This document shows, in pieces, positions 20,199-33,171 of a DNA stretch of 64,000 bases (positions are counted from its first letter, which is position 1; each line of letters begins with the position of its first letter). The DNA is taken from NCBI GenBank assembly GCA_027923505.1, contig BROI01000001.1, forward strand, positions 1,736,001 through 1,800,000, read 5' to 3'. Below the pieces are notes generated by a model. The model saw only the letters and a program-made list of their open reading frames with translations. It was not told where the DNA came from and searched no databases. The DNA is from Mayamaea pseudoterrestris. Lineage: Eukaryota. The position numbers were made by a program, and so were the translations under genes.

Positions 20199-23048
20199 AT
20201 GACTCGAAGATTCATGCATGAAATATGCTCACGACCGCTGATTAGCTTGCTATCAATACTCTTGCTACTGGGAGCAACGCATGCATTCTCGAATTCACCC
20301 GCTGCCTTGCCGCTGATTTACGCTTCTCCTCTCCGATTCGGCCACCAACAAAAATTCCAGCCGGCAAGAATTATACATCATTCATCATACACGAAAAACG
20401 TCTGCAACCAACGAAGAGGATCATGTCAATATATTTCCCAGCTGACCCGACTGCAAGCAGCAGGCTCCAGCGATGGCGTTTTGGATGCAGACTTTTCCAG
20501 AGACCCACAAATTGCAGATCAACAAGTTGCACCTGCCGTTACGGATGCATCACGCACCAGTCGTCGCCAACGAATGAAGCAATGGATCAAACATGCTTGG
20601 ACATGGCAGCGCAGCAAGCGTCGGCGCATGGTGGCGACGGCAGCCTTGGCGCTCGCCCTGGCCTTTGGCGTTGCTGCGCCGTCTGGACACGCTCCCTGGG
20701 TTACAGCGTCCGTGTCAACACCCATGCAACGAATCGTTCCGTCGTCGACGACAGAAACGCTGCTAGCAAGTAGCAGTCCATCAGTCACGTCACTATCACG
20801 TGGCGGCTCTTCCTCCGCAGCAACCACCCGCAGCAACAAAAAGGCTTCGTCGCACAAGACACTGGTGGAATCGTCGCTCGAGGAAGGCGCCCGGAAAACC
20901 AGTCGCACCTTTTTGGATGCCATTCGCGACTTGAACAAGTACATGCACGGCCCAAAGTCGGACACGTTGATATTGCTGCTGGCAACCGCACTCATTACGC
21001 CGCTGTGCAAAAACTTTTTGCACACGTCGCCCATTTTGGGATTCTTGGCGGCTGGCATGTTGCTGGGCCCAAACGGATTGGGCTTGATTACGGGTGTTCA
21101 CACGACGGAAACATTGGCGGAACTGGGAATTGTGTTTTTTCTGTTTGAAATGGGAATTGAACTATCGTTTGAGAGGTTAATGAGCATGCGCAAGGATGTG
21201 TTCGGTTTGGGTTTTGGGCAGTTCATGGCGACGGCGCTGGCGTTTGCCGCTGTGGGCAAGGCGGTTGGACAACCAGGGAATGCGCTCATTGTTATAGGCG
21301 GGGGATTGGCATTGAGCAGTTCAGCCTTTGTGTTGCAGTTGTTGAAGGATAAGAATCAGCTGGCGACGCGATTCGGGAAAGCGTCATTTGGTGTGCTCTT
21401 GTTTCAAGACCTTGCCGTCGTTCCTCTATTGGTCGTGACACCAATCCTAGCTGGATCTGGTGCCGGTCTGGCTGCGGCGCTGGGTAGTGCCATTCTCAAG
21501 GCAGGCATGGCGTTGGGGTCCATTGCCTTTGCTGGACGAGTTGTTCTAAATCCGCTGTTCAAGGTTGTTGCCGGTGCACAGTCACAGGAAGCATTTTTGG
21601 GAGTGATTTTGCTTACTGTCCTTTCCATGTCATTTTTGACGGAAGGACTTGGACTGAGCAACACGCTGGGAGCATTTTTGGCAGGCGTCCTGCTGTCGGA
21701 AACAAAGTATCGCTACCAGGTTGAAGCGGATATTGCCCCGTTTCGGGGAATTTTGTTGGGACTTTTCTTCGTCACAGTCGGTTTTGAGATTGACGTCGGC
21801 CTAATTCTATCAAATCTTCCATTGGTCGGCTCCATTGTCATGGGCATTATAGTCATCAAGTCTCTTGTGCTCACTGGATTGTCGCTTGCCTTTGGTTTGA
21901 GCATGTCGACGAGTCAGCAAACTGGCTTGTTGCTCAGCCAAGGTGGCGAATTCGCTTTTGTTGCTTTTGGTTTGGCTCGCAACTTTGGAATTCTAGATCC
22001 GAAAATGACCAAGCTCATGTTGACTTGCGTTAGTCTTACAATGGCATTGACGCCGCTACTTTCGGTGGCTGGTTCCGCCATCTCCAAGCGCTTGGAGGAG
22101 TCGAGCGACTTTACCCATTACCTCGGACAGGATCGTGACGCCAACGAGATTAAGGAGAGCGATGATTTTGTGGTCGTGGTTGGATATGGAGTGGTCGGCA
22201 AAGTTGTTTGCGACCTCTTGGACCAGAAGTTTCTAAAGTATGTTGGACTGGAAGTGAATCCAAACAAGGCCATTCAGGCTCGTAACAAGGGATTGCCAGT
22301 CTTCTACGGCGACATTGGACGACAAGAGGTAGCTGATGCTTTCAATGTGGGCAAAGCAAAATGCGTAGTCGTTTGTATTGCTGATCGCGCTCAGTGCAAC
22401 CGCGTGGTGATTGCACTTCGCCGGTGGTATCCCGAGCTTGACATTTTTGCTCGCGCAGCTGACGCAGATCATGCGAGTCGTCTGCAAAATACGCTTAATG
22501 TTGCCGCCATGGTTCCAATCCTACCCGAAGACAATATTCTGCTCACTCTGCCATTTGGGGGAGCCGTGATGAGGACGCTTGGAGTCAATCCGGAGGAGGT
22601 TGACGCCATCATCGAAAGTAAGCGAAAAGAAGTCTTGAGCGGTCGCGGTCTTCGCGAAAATGAGGAAGAGCTTGCGCTGTTACAACTTGGCATTGCTGCC
22701 GAAGAAGACGAAGACGCAGTGTCGGCTACGCGATCGTCCTCCACGGTCGTGGACGTCAAGGTTGACGACGATGATGACGATGACGAACGTGCTGAGATTG
22801 TCGAAGCTGCCGCTGAACGGAGCAAGAAGGCGCAGGAGCGCAGCCCCTTTGTTGCCAAGGTCATCCAAGAGGCATGTCCTGATAGCATTTGCGCTGAAGA
22901 TGATGACCTTGAGATAGTTTTGTCCAAGGCAGGGATTGTACCTGTGGTCGACTCGGACGATGAGTTTTCTACAGAGGTCGACGCGGACATGGCACAAGCT
23001 CAAGAGGAACGCGATTCATTACGAGACGAATCAAAACCGTTTCAATAG
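20199..23048 (+). CDS. Plastid-targeted KEA/KefC-family K+/H+ antiporter (CPA2 + TrkA-N/KTN), KEA3-like
   Basis: Signal peptide ending THA-F; AELGIVFFLFEMGIELS, LLFQD, LGAFLAG, QVEADIAPFRGILLGLFF and SQGGEFAFV motifs; KTN domain VVGYGVVG...FYGD; acidic tail. Confidence 0.9.
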   Translation: MTRRFMHEICSRPLISLLSILLLLGATHAFSNSPAALPLIYASPLRFGHQQKFQPARIIHHSSYTKNVCNQRRGSCQYISQLTRLQAAGSSDGVLDADFSRDPQIADQQVAPAVTDASRTSRRQRMKQWIKHAWTWQRSKRRRMVATAALALALAFGVAAPSGHAPWVTASVSTPMQRIVPSSTTETLLASSSPSVTSLSRGGSSSAATTRSNKKASSHKTLVESSLEEGARKTSRTFLDAIRDLNKYMHGPKSDTLILLLATALITPLCKNFLHTSPILGFLAAGMLLGPNGLGLITGVHTTETLAELGIVFFLFEMGIELSFERLMSMRKDVFGLGFGQFMATALAFAAVGKAVGQPGNALIVIGGGLALSSSAFVLQLLKDKNQLATRFGKASFGVLLFQDLAVVPLLVVTPILAGSGAGLAAALGSAILKAGMALGSIAFAGRVVLNPLFKVVAGAQSQEAFLGVILLTVLSMSFLTEGLGLSNTLGAFLAGVLLSETKYRYQVEADIAPFRGILLGLFFVTVGFEIDVGLILSNLPLVGSIVMGIIVIKSLVLTGLSLAFGLSMSTSQQTGLLLSQGGEFAFVAFGLARNFGILDPKMTKLMLTCVSLTMALTPLLSVAGSAISKRLEESSDFTHYLGQDRDANEIKESDDFVVVVGYGVVGKVVCDLLDQKFLKYVGLEVNPNKAIQARNKGLPVFYGDIGRQEVADAFNVGKAKCVVVCIADRAQCNRVVIALRRWYPELDIFARAADADHASRLQNTLNVAAMVPILPEDNILLTLPFGGAVMRTLGVNPEEVDAIIESKRKEVLSGRGLRENEEELALLQLGIAAEEDEDAVSATRSSSTVVDVKVDDDDDDDERAEIVEAAAERSKKAQERSPFVAKVIQEACPDSICAEDDDLEIVLSKAGIVPVVDSDDEFSTEVDADMAQAQEERDSLRDESKPFQ

Positions 23049-23109
23049 TTAACAACATATATTGCTACTAACTTAATTACTTAAAAGGGACGCAATGACA
23101 TATCTATTA

Positions 23110-24628
23110 CTATGCCATGCGTAGCTGGTAGTCACCATGGCAGGTAATGTAGCGGACCCACGGCAAAGCTTGGTAGCCACTCTTCTCAATAATTTTGAGA
23201 TATCGCACTTGAATGCCCGACACTGTAAAGTAGGGGATCTCGAATTTGACAGCAATCGGCTTCTTCCACGAGTTTTCGCCCTTCTTCTTTTGGTCCGGAT
23301 CATTGTCGGAAGCGGTAATCGAAGGCAGTCCAAAGTGCGCTCGCATTAGATACTCGCGTCCGCCATGGAACTGCTTAATTGTCCATACAATCGCATCCTT
23401 GTCCGGCAAGTAAGTGACAGTTCCCACTGATGACTTGAAGGAAGGACTATCGACATCGGCTGGTACTGGAATGACAATTTCAACATTATTCGCCACTGAT
23501 CGACTCTTGAACTGCGACCTCGTCTTGATCATGTACTCGATGCGCGATCCCTTGTGCGGCTCAACAACAGCTTCTACCCATATCAATGGTTTCACGTGCG
23601 TATTCAACCGATACGTCATGAGATCAAACTCTCCATCCGGCGGAATGAAGGAAATGGTTCGATCATTTTCAAACCGCGCCAGTCGAACGCACTGATGAAA
23701 CTTGATATCCTCCAGCTCCACGGCCTTGCCGCGCGCCTGATTACCCTTGCCGGTCGCTTCAAACATGAGCTTGTCATTCAAACCCAATTTCAGTTCTGGC
23801 ATGCCGGAAAGAAACGACCTCATTTTGACAGCGCCATTAATCTCCGAATGCAGCACGGTTCCATTCGCCGCCACGAGCAAGTTGAGCTTTTCCACAACAT
23901 CCAAGAATATTTCATTCTTCTTGTGCTTGATGCCTTCGGCTCTCCAACTGACGGCGTTTGTCAATGCGACGGGCGGCTTGTTGGCGTTTGGATCAAACAT
24001 GCGGTTGGCTCCCTGCGTAATGAAGGATTGCAATATGGTGCTATCGAGCGACTGCGGCAAGCCGTAATCCATGGTTTCATCCATTAGTTCGTAAATAATG
24101 ACAAAGTTGCCTCGAATGCTTTCCTCCTCGAGCTGGCCAAAGTAGTCCTTAAATACTTGGGCGAGTCGAAACAAGTAGGTGAGCATCAAGGCAACGTTCG
24201 AGTTGCGCGTTGTGACGGCGCACATGTAGAGGTTTGTTTGCTGTAATTATTGAGACAATAGAGTGAGTCAAGTCGAATAATAAGTGAAATGAACAGTGAC
24301 TCATGAATCAAGTCGAATTTAAGACCGATTAACTCTTCCTCAGGTGTAACATCGTGCCATTGCTGCTCTCACTCGATGCCTCACACAAACGTACATTGAT
24401 ATAAACAAACGTCTCTCCATTCTTCCCCGTCGCTCCAACATCTTCCTCCACGAAGGCATCCCCATGATGATCCACGTAGAAAATGGGCCGCTTTTGCTCG
24501 TCGGGAGTCTCGTCCAAATACTTGCTGAAGCGCTCAATGGCCCGGCCGAGTGGAACGTCTCCTCGGTAGTCGCGGCTGATTATGACCTTGCCGGATAAAT
24601 CGGTAATAAAGACGGCGGATGCGACCAT
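23110..24628 (-). CDS. AP1M1: AP-1 complex subunit mu (exons 24628-24395, 24240-23110; ~454 aa)
   Basis: MVASAVFITDLSGKVIISRDYRGD; NFVIIYELMDE; VSWRAEGIKHKKNEIFLDVVE; C-terminus SGYQALPWVRY. One in-frame GT-AG intron. Confidence 0.95.
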
Positions 24629-25311
24629 GATGCTACTATAGCTGCTGCTACTGCTATCTAAACAAGATAGTGGTCGACTTGATCAAGGCACAGCACGGCG
24701 CAAGGGGCCAAGTCCACAGCTCGGCGGCATCAGGATGCGCGGCGGCGGATCATCAAACCAGTGATGGTGCGAGTCGCAGGCACATGACCATTCATCCGAG
24801 TATCGGACCGCGACTCATCTTCGCTTGTTGCGACGAGCCAGCTTTTCAAAGTCACTTGATTCGGTACATTCGCTGCGTGGTCTACACGTGCATAGGTTTG
24901 GTACAAACTCTACGCGGCACGCGTCGCAGGCAGTCGATGCTTGCAACCGCGTCGTTACAAAAGCTTGCAGCATCGAGGTGAGTCCACCATGGGGATTGAT
25001 TTCGCAATGAAAGACTGATTGAATGTTATAAAGTGGCTCATATGAGTATACAGTAGAAGATATCTATCGTACCGAGCTGCTTGCTTGGAGATGCCAGGAG
25101 CCATTTGCGAGAGGACATTGCCATCTTGACACCTTATGGCTGTGCGGTTCGCAATAGCAGCTGCTGCAGCTTTCACGCCTTCTTGCTCGTCTCTTCTACT
25201 AACTCATGTACTCTCTCACACTCGTCAAAATCACTTCTTTACTTGCTAAAACATTTCTTCTTCTAGTAATTCTCAAAGCATTCTCCAACAACAAAACATC
25301 ATCATCAAAAC

Positions 25312-26001
25312 ATGTCATACAAGGCTGGAATTGTCGAAGCCATTAGCGAGCTCAAGGATCGCACCGGATCAAGCATGATTGCCATCAAGAAGCGCATGCA
25401 GGAAAGCTTCGCCAAGGACAAGACGTGGCAGAACGCCACCTTTTTGTCGAGCCTCAAGAGCATGGTGGCGTCGGGCGACTTGGTGCAAACCAAAAACAGT
25501 TACAAGTTGAGTCCTGATTTCAAAAAGAAGCAAGCCACCAAGAGCAAGGCGGCGGCGGCTCCAAAGAAGGAAAAGGCGACGACTGCGGCAAAGAAGGCTC
25601 CGGCTGCCAAAAAAGTGACTGCGACCAAGAAGGCATCGACGACTGCCAAGGCTGCTGCTCCCAAGAAAGCCACGGCCACCAAGGCAGCTGCACCCAAGAA
25701 GGCAGCCTCCAAGACCAAGGCAGCAGCTGCACCAAAGGCTGACACGTCTGCCAAGGTGAGTGTATTTACGAAAAAAGTGTATCGTTCGTTTCAATTTCAC
25801 AGCAGCTCACCGCAGCTCACTTATTTTCATCTACAGAAGGCTAGCGCCAAGAAGCCCGCCGCGAAGAAGGCAACGACCGCCAAGGCAAGCAAGCCAAAGG
25901 CTGCCGCCAAGCCAAAGACGGCCAAGGCCGCCCCGAAGAAGGCTGCTCCCAAGGCCAAGAAGGAAACCAAGGTTGCTGCCAAGCCCGCTGCCACCGAGTA
26001 A
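25312..26001 (+). CDS. H1: Linker histone H1 (intron 25756-25836; ~202 aa)
   Basis: Globular domain SYKAGIVEAISELKDRTGSSMIAIKK...GDLVQTKNSYKL and K/A/P-rich tail. The 81-nt GTGAGT...CTACAG intron removes the atypical segment. Confidence 0.95.
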   Translation: MSYKAGIVEAISELKDRTGSSMIAIKKRMQESFAKDKTWQNATFLSSLKSMVASGDLVQTKNSYKLSPDFKKKQATKSKAAAAPKKEKATTAAKKAPAAKKVTATKKASTTAKAAAPKKATATKAAAPKKAASKTKAAAAPKADTSAKVSVFTKKVYRSFQFHSSSPQLTYFHLQKASAKKPAAKKATTAKASKPKAAAKPKTAKAAPKKAAPKAKKETKVAAKPAATE

Positions 26002-26041
26002 GCTTTCTTTCGGAAGCGACTTGAGCCGACTCAAACACTAC

Positions 26042-26067
26042 AACAAACCGCCATTTTTAAATGGCAC
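26042..26067 (+). other. Histone-type 3' stem-loop after H1 (GCCATT-TTTA-AATGGC, 26050-26065)
   Basis: 6-bp stem, 4-nt loop, A/C-rich flanks, 48 nt after the stop codon. 25/26 nt identical to the element after H4 at 52865-52890. Confidence 0.8.
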
Positions 26068-27492
26068 ACTTTTTTTTATGATAACTTGCAGTAAACAATG
26101 ATTTCATGTCACTCATGTGCCTACCCATCAGTAGACATGTACTCGGAGTCGCTATGAATTGGGCAATGTTCGATCTACCCATGTTCGAAGATGAAGGCCG
26201 ACACGATAGATACACAAGCTAGCAAGGTGTTAACGCCAGCGTCCGCGTAGGCATTGTTTACCGAGCTAGCAAGGGTAGGGGAACTTTCCCCCGCAACCAA
26301 AACGCCGGCCAAGCTTGCGGCGGGAACGCCGGCCACGTTTCCAATTCGGAGTGTTGCCGGGTGACTGTTTGACCGTTGCCTTCCGATGGCAGCCACAATT
26401 TTGTTTGCTGCGTTGCTCATCACTCACCATGGCGCCATCAACTATAGCGCTGTACTCTACTGTAGCTTTCATTAGCGCAGTAACGGCAAGATTAGTAAGT
26501 AAAACTTGTGCTGCTATCTGCCGCTATGCGATGACGTGCGAGGTAGCTGGGCAAAGTTAGAGAAATTAGCTTGCGACAGCAACGAACCAACAATAACAGC
26601 TCCCATAATTTTGCTGCTCCTTGCTTGCTTTTTGGCCACCCATTTAATCTACAGGCATGTAATACAGTCTCTTTCTATGGTGGCATGGCAGATTGATGAT
26701 TTGGGTTGCAATTGGACAGGCGGCATGCTGCAACGCTGCAACACATCCCAAGCATCATCCATCAATCCAAGGAATAGAAGATACACCAAAAATATTGTAT
26801 CAGCAGTTTGCGCTAATCAACTCATGCTGCGCACTTGCAACCATCATGCTTTTATGATATAGAGCATCGATCCGTGCGCGGAGCGCTGACAGCTGACAGG
26901 GTGCTCAGTCAAGTTGCTTTGCGTCGGCAGTTGGCAGGCAAGGTCAACATTGCGTTAAACTCTGGCAAGACTACAAACCATAAGCACTATTGACTTCAAA
27001 TAGACCAATATCAGTTAAGTAATCAAGTTATTTCATTCAATGCTGCTGTCTCTATATCGGTAGATCCCTCTGGTAAATTGACTGTACCGGTGTACTTGAT
27101 GACGGACGACTTACGCGTAATCAACGACCAAGTCGAAACTAATGTGGCCTATTCGGTACCGTAATCGGCTCGCCTTGCTCGAAATTTTGAAACGTATCCG
27201 GTACTGGCAAGGCCGGCGTTCTGGTTGCGGAGTGTCGTCACCGATATAAAAGCTCTCAAGCAGGTTTGTGGCGACACGATAACGATTATTTGGCCTTGCT
27301 AGCAGGCCCGACGGATACATAGCGAAACGGATCATTTCTCTTTGTCACATCTTAAGTGTCGCACCGTTTCATAATGACCGGGCATGACTTTTGTGACAGC
27401 GAAACAAAACCATGGACCATGGATGCATCATTCGACAACCTATAAGCACGTAAAAGCGTTCTAAAACTGTACTCAATACTGTAGCAAGCACA

Positions 27493-29811
27493 ATGGATGA
27501 TGAAGTCACAAATGAAGGCCAACATCTACTCTCGTCCGCGGGGAGTGGTGCAGAATTACGAGTCGATGACGAAGGACCGATTTCCAGAACCAGCAAAGAC
27601 ACCAGGAAAAAACAAGTCAAGATTCACATGAGCGATGTAGTCGAGTACAGTCGAATCGCAAAGCATCATTTTAAGCAATACATTGACAAACGCGCAGGAT
27701 GGGCTCCTTTTCTGTATGGTTTACTAGCAGTCTCGGCAATATTACTATTGGCTCGCGAATCTCAAGTCGTTCGTTCAACAACGAAAAAATCATTCTTTTA
27801 CAATGTAGATGACTTGCATAATGAGCATCGAGCAAGCTGTCTATCAAGACGGGAGGAGAATGCAACAATTTCCAAAGTTCCGCCATTGCCGCTTTGTCAA
27901 GCCGTTTCGCAAGGTTCACTCACGCCTTCGTCGCTATGGAAGGCTCACCAAGACCAACTACTCAGGGCATCCAAGCATCCAAAAGATAGAGCAGGACGTC
28001 ATTTGGCTTGGCAGCAAGCACTACTGGAGTTTGTTGGTCCAAACATTTTGGTTCAAGCGCTCCGAAATGCGCCAAGCGGATCCGATGTACGTCGCATTAT
28101 ACAAATCATTGACACTCGCCGCAACGCCATGCATCGCAAGTTTGTGTTAAAGGACAAGACTGTTGACTTTAACAAAGCTCCCATGCTGCAAATAGCCGTT
28201 TTTGGAGGTTCTGTCCCGGAAGGAAAAGGATGCGATAATTTTCCAGACGAAATTCTGCCGTATCTACCAAAATACGTTCCAGTCAGCCAGCGATCCGACA
28301 CCCAAATCATCGGCAAGGAGTGCGCATGGCCGTATCGACTTCAGCAACTGGCGGATGCCTTTTTAGGAAAGTGGGTGGTTGATATACACAATTTGGCCGT
28401 GGGCGGCACCAACAGTCGCTTGACCATTCCAACGCTGGAGTATCAGCTTTATCGGGAGCAAGCGCTGCTGGATGCCGGCGGCGCCGATGTCATCATCAAT
28501 GGCTACGCTGTCAATGACAACTTGAAGGACGACGCGAGCTGGCCGACAAACACCACGTCGAACAATCTGCACTATGATGCCAATTTGGCCAAGGCGCAAG
28601 AGTTTGCGCAAAAGGCACTCGAGTCACGGCCATGTCGAGATCCACCCGTTGTCATCTTCTTTGACGATGTTTTTGGGAATCACAATGGTGAAATAATCAT
28701 GGGCGACGATGTTCGAAGCGATGCTGTGCGATTCGTGACGGACATGTACAATCTAATGCACATTTCGTCAGTGGCGCCCGTCAAGCACTTTGTTCAAGCG
28801 AACGAAAAAGAGACGCTCTTTTCTCCTAGCTGGTATGCCAAGCGAGGAAACGGTCGGACCACGAATGGACACTATGGCATGCCGGGGCATCAGTATGCAG
28901 CGTATACAATTGCTTATTCCATGTTGCAGTCACTGGTGGGGTACTGTGTCGAAGAGGAGTTTTACGGTGGAGGGACGAATGCTGTAGCCATGGGCAAGCA
29001 CACAATACATCCACCGACGATTGATGGCAATTCAAAATTGTCCACTATTGCGACCGAGTGGAAGGATGACGCCGCAGCAACTTTGCGGCGCGAGCAAGAG
29101 TACTGCGAAACGACTGACGCAAAGGCCCAACCTTGTGCATTCGCCTTTGTTTCCAATCCGGCAGGCACAGTCCGTGACGCCAAAGAATTAAACAGATACA
29201 TTGATGGCTTTATCAAAAACAAGCGAGCGGATAATACGGTACGTGTTTGACGCAGTGTTGGGAAGTTTAGATCGCCGCCACGCCCTTGCGTTTACTGGAT
29301 CACATTGCTCACGAAGGAGCTGCAAGATCGGCCAACGTGTTGCCCGATTGTGTATATTGTGCAGTAGTACTCACTTCTAACCGCCATCACGCTTTCACTG
29401 CATTTACAGGGTTGGATCGGAAGGAACGAAATGAGCAACGGCTGGCAAAACAAAGTTGGTTTTGCGGCAACTACACCTGGATCGTCTGTGCTTTTGACCA
29501 TCTCAGATATCCAGAATCCCATTCAAAAGCTTGTGGTTCAGTATTTGAAGAGTTACGGTGACAAGTGGGCAGGATCAAAAGCCGAATTTGATCTGCGAGT
29601 ATACGAGTCAGCAAACACGGGCGCTGAACCGTTGTTTCGCAAGTCGTTTGTTTTAGCTGGCGAGTGGGAGGACCAATACTCTATTTCGTTCCAAGAAATT
29701 GTGAACTTTCGCGACAATGCTGCAACGAAAGGGCAAACCGTCACGTTAAGGATCACATTGACGGGTGGCACCGAGTTCAAGATCATGGGTTTGATGCTGT
29801 GTAGTAGGTAA
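27493..29811 (+). CDS. Type II membrane protein with SGNH-hydrolase-like domain (intron 29239-29409; ~715 aa)
   Basis: One N-terminal TM (FLYGLLAVSAILLLA); block I VFGGSV, block II NLAVGGT, block III GYAVND, block V GHYGMPGH. In-frame GTACGT...TTACAG intron. Confidence 0.75.
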
Positions 29812-30786
29812 AGCCGTAACCGACGACCACGTTGACGAGGGCGCCAAGTCCAAGCTCATGGGTCTATTGCTATACAATACGCAACGACAACTACATCGTC
29901 GGTGCATTACATTGTCAGCTGATTGTTCAGTGCCTCGTACCGGTGGCGTGAAATAGGAATGCTTTTTGCGGCAAAAGTAGCATATATAGTAAAGAAATAA
30001 GATGTGTCCCCTTGCACCTTGTAAGTCAGTCGGATGCATCTTGTGACATCTCAGATTGTCGTAAAATTAATGGAACATATAACACCTTGAGCTCATCGCC
30101 TACCTTTAGTTGACAAATACTCGAGGTTAATTAACGATTCACGCTTGAGCCATCATCGACTCTTTTCTGCTTACAGTGCTTTGCTTGCACAGTCATGCTT
30201 TGTCGACGCCAAGGTACCAAGGCTGTGGACGTATGCAGAAGTCTCATTCTAATCGCTCACTTGCTATTCATCGCATCCATGATCGTATACCGGTACAACT
30301 TTGACCGCAATGTACTCTCAATATTGATGTATACATACAGGCAGTGGTATGGTGGCAAGCATTGCAATAGCTTTCGTTGCGGAAGAGACGACGGAAAGCA
30401 ATGACAATGACAGGGCTCAGGAGCGTGACCGCCAGGTCATTCATGTCGAAAATGACTGCGTGATCATTTTAGGCTTAAGCAATTCGGGAAAATGAGGAGC
30501 ACCTCTTCAAGCACGATTGCTCATCGAAGCACATGGAAACGAAACATGTCCCGGAAATGAATGGTTTTGTTTATCGTCAAACCTCCGTCGCCACGCAGAA
30601 ATTGGACCGGAACCAGTGAATCTGAAGTCACGTTCCTTAGAATAAATATAGTGACGACTACGCACACGTCTCCTTTGTGCATGCCAGCATCGACATCAGT
30701 ACAATCGGAAACGGGAACCTGTGGAAGTTTGGCGCGTTTACCACACATGAGGCGAGGAAGGATTGCTCAACCCTCATGCTACAAAA

Positions 30787-31227
30787 ATGAGTAACAAGCA
30801 TGGCGACGAAGAGAACAGCCAATGTGGGCAACGATTGCCGAATGAAATGTTACAAGAGGCATCGAGGAGCACTGCCATGAGGGAGCTACTGTCCGCTTTA
30901 GAGACGTTGCGAGATCCATCAACATCCAATTCCAATCCAGGCGGCAGCGCAGAATCCAACAATGACTTCGTGTTCAACATTCTTAGCGCAGCTATGAACA
31001 TTGCGTCCGAAAACGACCTTCGCGATGAGGAGGGCCTGCCGTCTGTCCTACCTTCGGATTTAAGCTCGACGGAGCACGACGACAGTTCCGGGAATTTTGA
31101 CGACGAGGCGAAACATGCCGATGAAGCATCAGCTGCGGACAATATACAGCTGAATCGGGTTGACAATGGCGACGACAATGAAGAAAAAGAGGATTTCAAA
31201 CGGACAGAAAACGGTCAGAGAAGGTAG
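30787..31227 (+). CDS. Small acidic hypothetical protein
   Basis: 146-aa ORF from ATG in an A-rich context, D/E/N-rich, with no recognisable motif. Confidence 0.5.
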   Translation: MSNKHGDEENSQCGQRLPNEMLQEASRSTAMRELLSALETLRDPSTSNSNPGGSAESNNDFVFNILSAAMNIASENDLRDEEGLPSVLPSDLSSTEHDDSSGNFDDEAKHADEASAADNIQLNRVDNGDDNEEKEDFKRTENGQRR

Positions 31228-31578
31228 CTGGGATTCGCTACGCTTGCTACTTGCTACTACTGAGTTTCCTTGTATATACAATGCTACGTATGCTTTCGAA
31301 TCGATAAGTCGGGAGCGCCTTACAGCTATGATAGAAACTAAAAAATGCGCAATCTTTTCTACCAATATCTTTACGTATGATTAAACGAGCTTCAACATAT
31401 TTTTGTAATCAAGAATCAACCTGTCGCAGACAGTAGCACGCTATACTGGTTTCGTCTTTTAACGTCACTTAACTAAAAGAGCCGAGCAGACATGCAATTT
31501 CCAACGCATACATTCGATAGACGACCATCTTTACACGTGAATCCACGCAACTCTGCCCTTTGCCAGTCTACCATCATA

Positions 31579-32679
31579 CTAATAATCCGACGGCGAAACG
31601 TCATCCTGTCCCTCATGCTGATCGCCATTTGCCGCCGCCGCCGACGAATCATCTTGCTCATCTTCGTAGACAAACTCTGGATCCACACTGTCATCCACGT
31701 CCGTTCGCATAAACTCGTCGCCAACACTCGCTTGCCTTACAAAGACGCGCCACTGCTCCAATCGTCCACCGAGCTGCCTGCTCTTACTGACGCGCAAGGT
31801 GTCATCCAAGTAGACGGTTTCGAACGAGTCGGAGGCGCCGCGCGCCATGTCCGAAAAGATTGAAGGAATTTGCAACGCGGCCAAATCTTGGCCCATGGGA
31901 TTCAACATGCTGGAGGTTCCAGCCACATTGACAACGACGGATTGCAGCGACAGTTGAATTGATATATTGTTGCTGTTACTACTGCCATCAGACGGCACTT
32001 GACTCGCCTTGTGAATGAGAACAAGCTTGGACTTGGATACTTGCAGTGGATTCAAATTGAGTTTGGCAATCACATCGGGAACGGACGTGCCTTGCACTAG
32101 TTCCTTGAGTGATTGTGGCGGAACATACTCAATGACGTGATCCACGCGCGTGACGTGGTTGCTCATTTCGTTGGTGCGAATCCGCTGCTGCACCTTGAAA
32201 TACTTGTTGCTTAGATTGCTCAAGCGACTCTTGACTTTATTGATTGGTTCCGCCAAAAAGTCGGGTATTTTGGTGGCAGAGTCAATCAATGCATTATCGT
32301 TTTTCGCTACAATCGTCGTGCAGAGCAGCGTCCAGTCGCCAATGAGCAAGTCTGCCTGCTGCTGACGACTCATGGAAACGTTTGTCACGGTTCGTTGCAA
32401 GTCGGAAATGGCTCGCATCAACTTTTCGCGACTAGACTTGTCGACTAGAAAAACGCCATTGGCACTCTTGAGGCGCTCGCATGTACTCAGTAGTTGCTGC
32501 TTGGCGAGTGCTTTTGGTGATGCTGCTGCCGAAACGTCTGTAGTGTAGGGAGTTGTTGATGAGAAAAGTGCAAGGCTGGGAGAAACGTCGCTTCGTCTTG
32601 GATATGCAGCCGCTTGGAAACAGCAAACAGTCCTTGTAGTTGCAGATAGTATTGCTGACACTAGCAGTAAGGTCTTCAT
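31579..32679 (-). CDS. Plastid lipid-associated protein (PAP/fibrillin family)
   Basis: Signal peptide followed by F (VCC-FQ); AKQQLL, LLIGDWTLLCT and FETVYLDDTLRVS motifs typical of fibrillins. Confidence 0.8.
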   Translation of the reverse strand: MKTLLLVSAILSATTRTVCCFQAAAYPRRSDVSPSLALFSSTTPYTTDVSAAASPKALAKQQLLSTCERLKSANGVFLVDKSSREKLMRAISDLQRTVTNVSMSRQQQADLLIGDWTLLCTTIVAKNDNALIDSATKIPDFLAEPINKVKSRLSNLSNKYFKVQQRIRTNEMSNHVTRVDHVIEYVPPQSLKELVQGTSVPDVIAKLNLNPLQVSKSKLVLIHKASQVPSDGSSNSNNISIQLSLQSVVVNVAGTSSMLNPMGQDLAALQIPSIFSDMARGASDSFETVYLDDTLRVSKSRQLGGRLEQWRVFVRQASVGDEFMRTDVDDSVDPEFVYEDEQDDSSAAAANGDQHEGQDDVSPSDY

Positions 32680-33171
32680 GGTAGTATATGAATGAGAGAG
32701 ATAGTGTGCAGCAGCGCCAATAGTGGAAGAGAGTGATGAGCTGGCTTATGCCATGGCGAGGACGAACGCAAATCGATCGTTTGGGTTCGGCGAGGTGCGC
32801 GCGACGAGCAAGCAGCGCAGCCGCCGAGTCGTGTCAGTTGCTATGAACGCTTCCAAGCTCCTCGAGTGAAAGAAACGCCATGCCGTCCAGTTACATAAGA
32901 CGTACCGGTAGCAAAGCAACCTAACAAAGTTACTCGCCGAAATATGGTAGCTCGTAGATCTTGTGACGCTCGACAAGGTTTGCAGCAAACACGTTGAATG
33001 AAAATGCTAGGAGTAGAGAACAAGAGCACATTCTGAATAAAAATCAAACATGCTATTATGATATGTATTATGAAAATGAATATAAAGTGTAAAAGAAGGA
33101 ACCAGAAAGCTACCAGCTTGGTGTGCGGTATGCAATTGTGTATGACAGATGCACCATCTTTCTCAACATAC

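Noticed and set aside
26175..26560. Short ORFs between H1 and the SGNH gene
   Set aside because: No motif and no convincing spliced model; cannot be supported as a gene.
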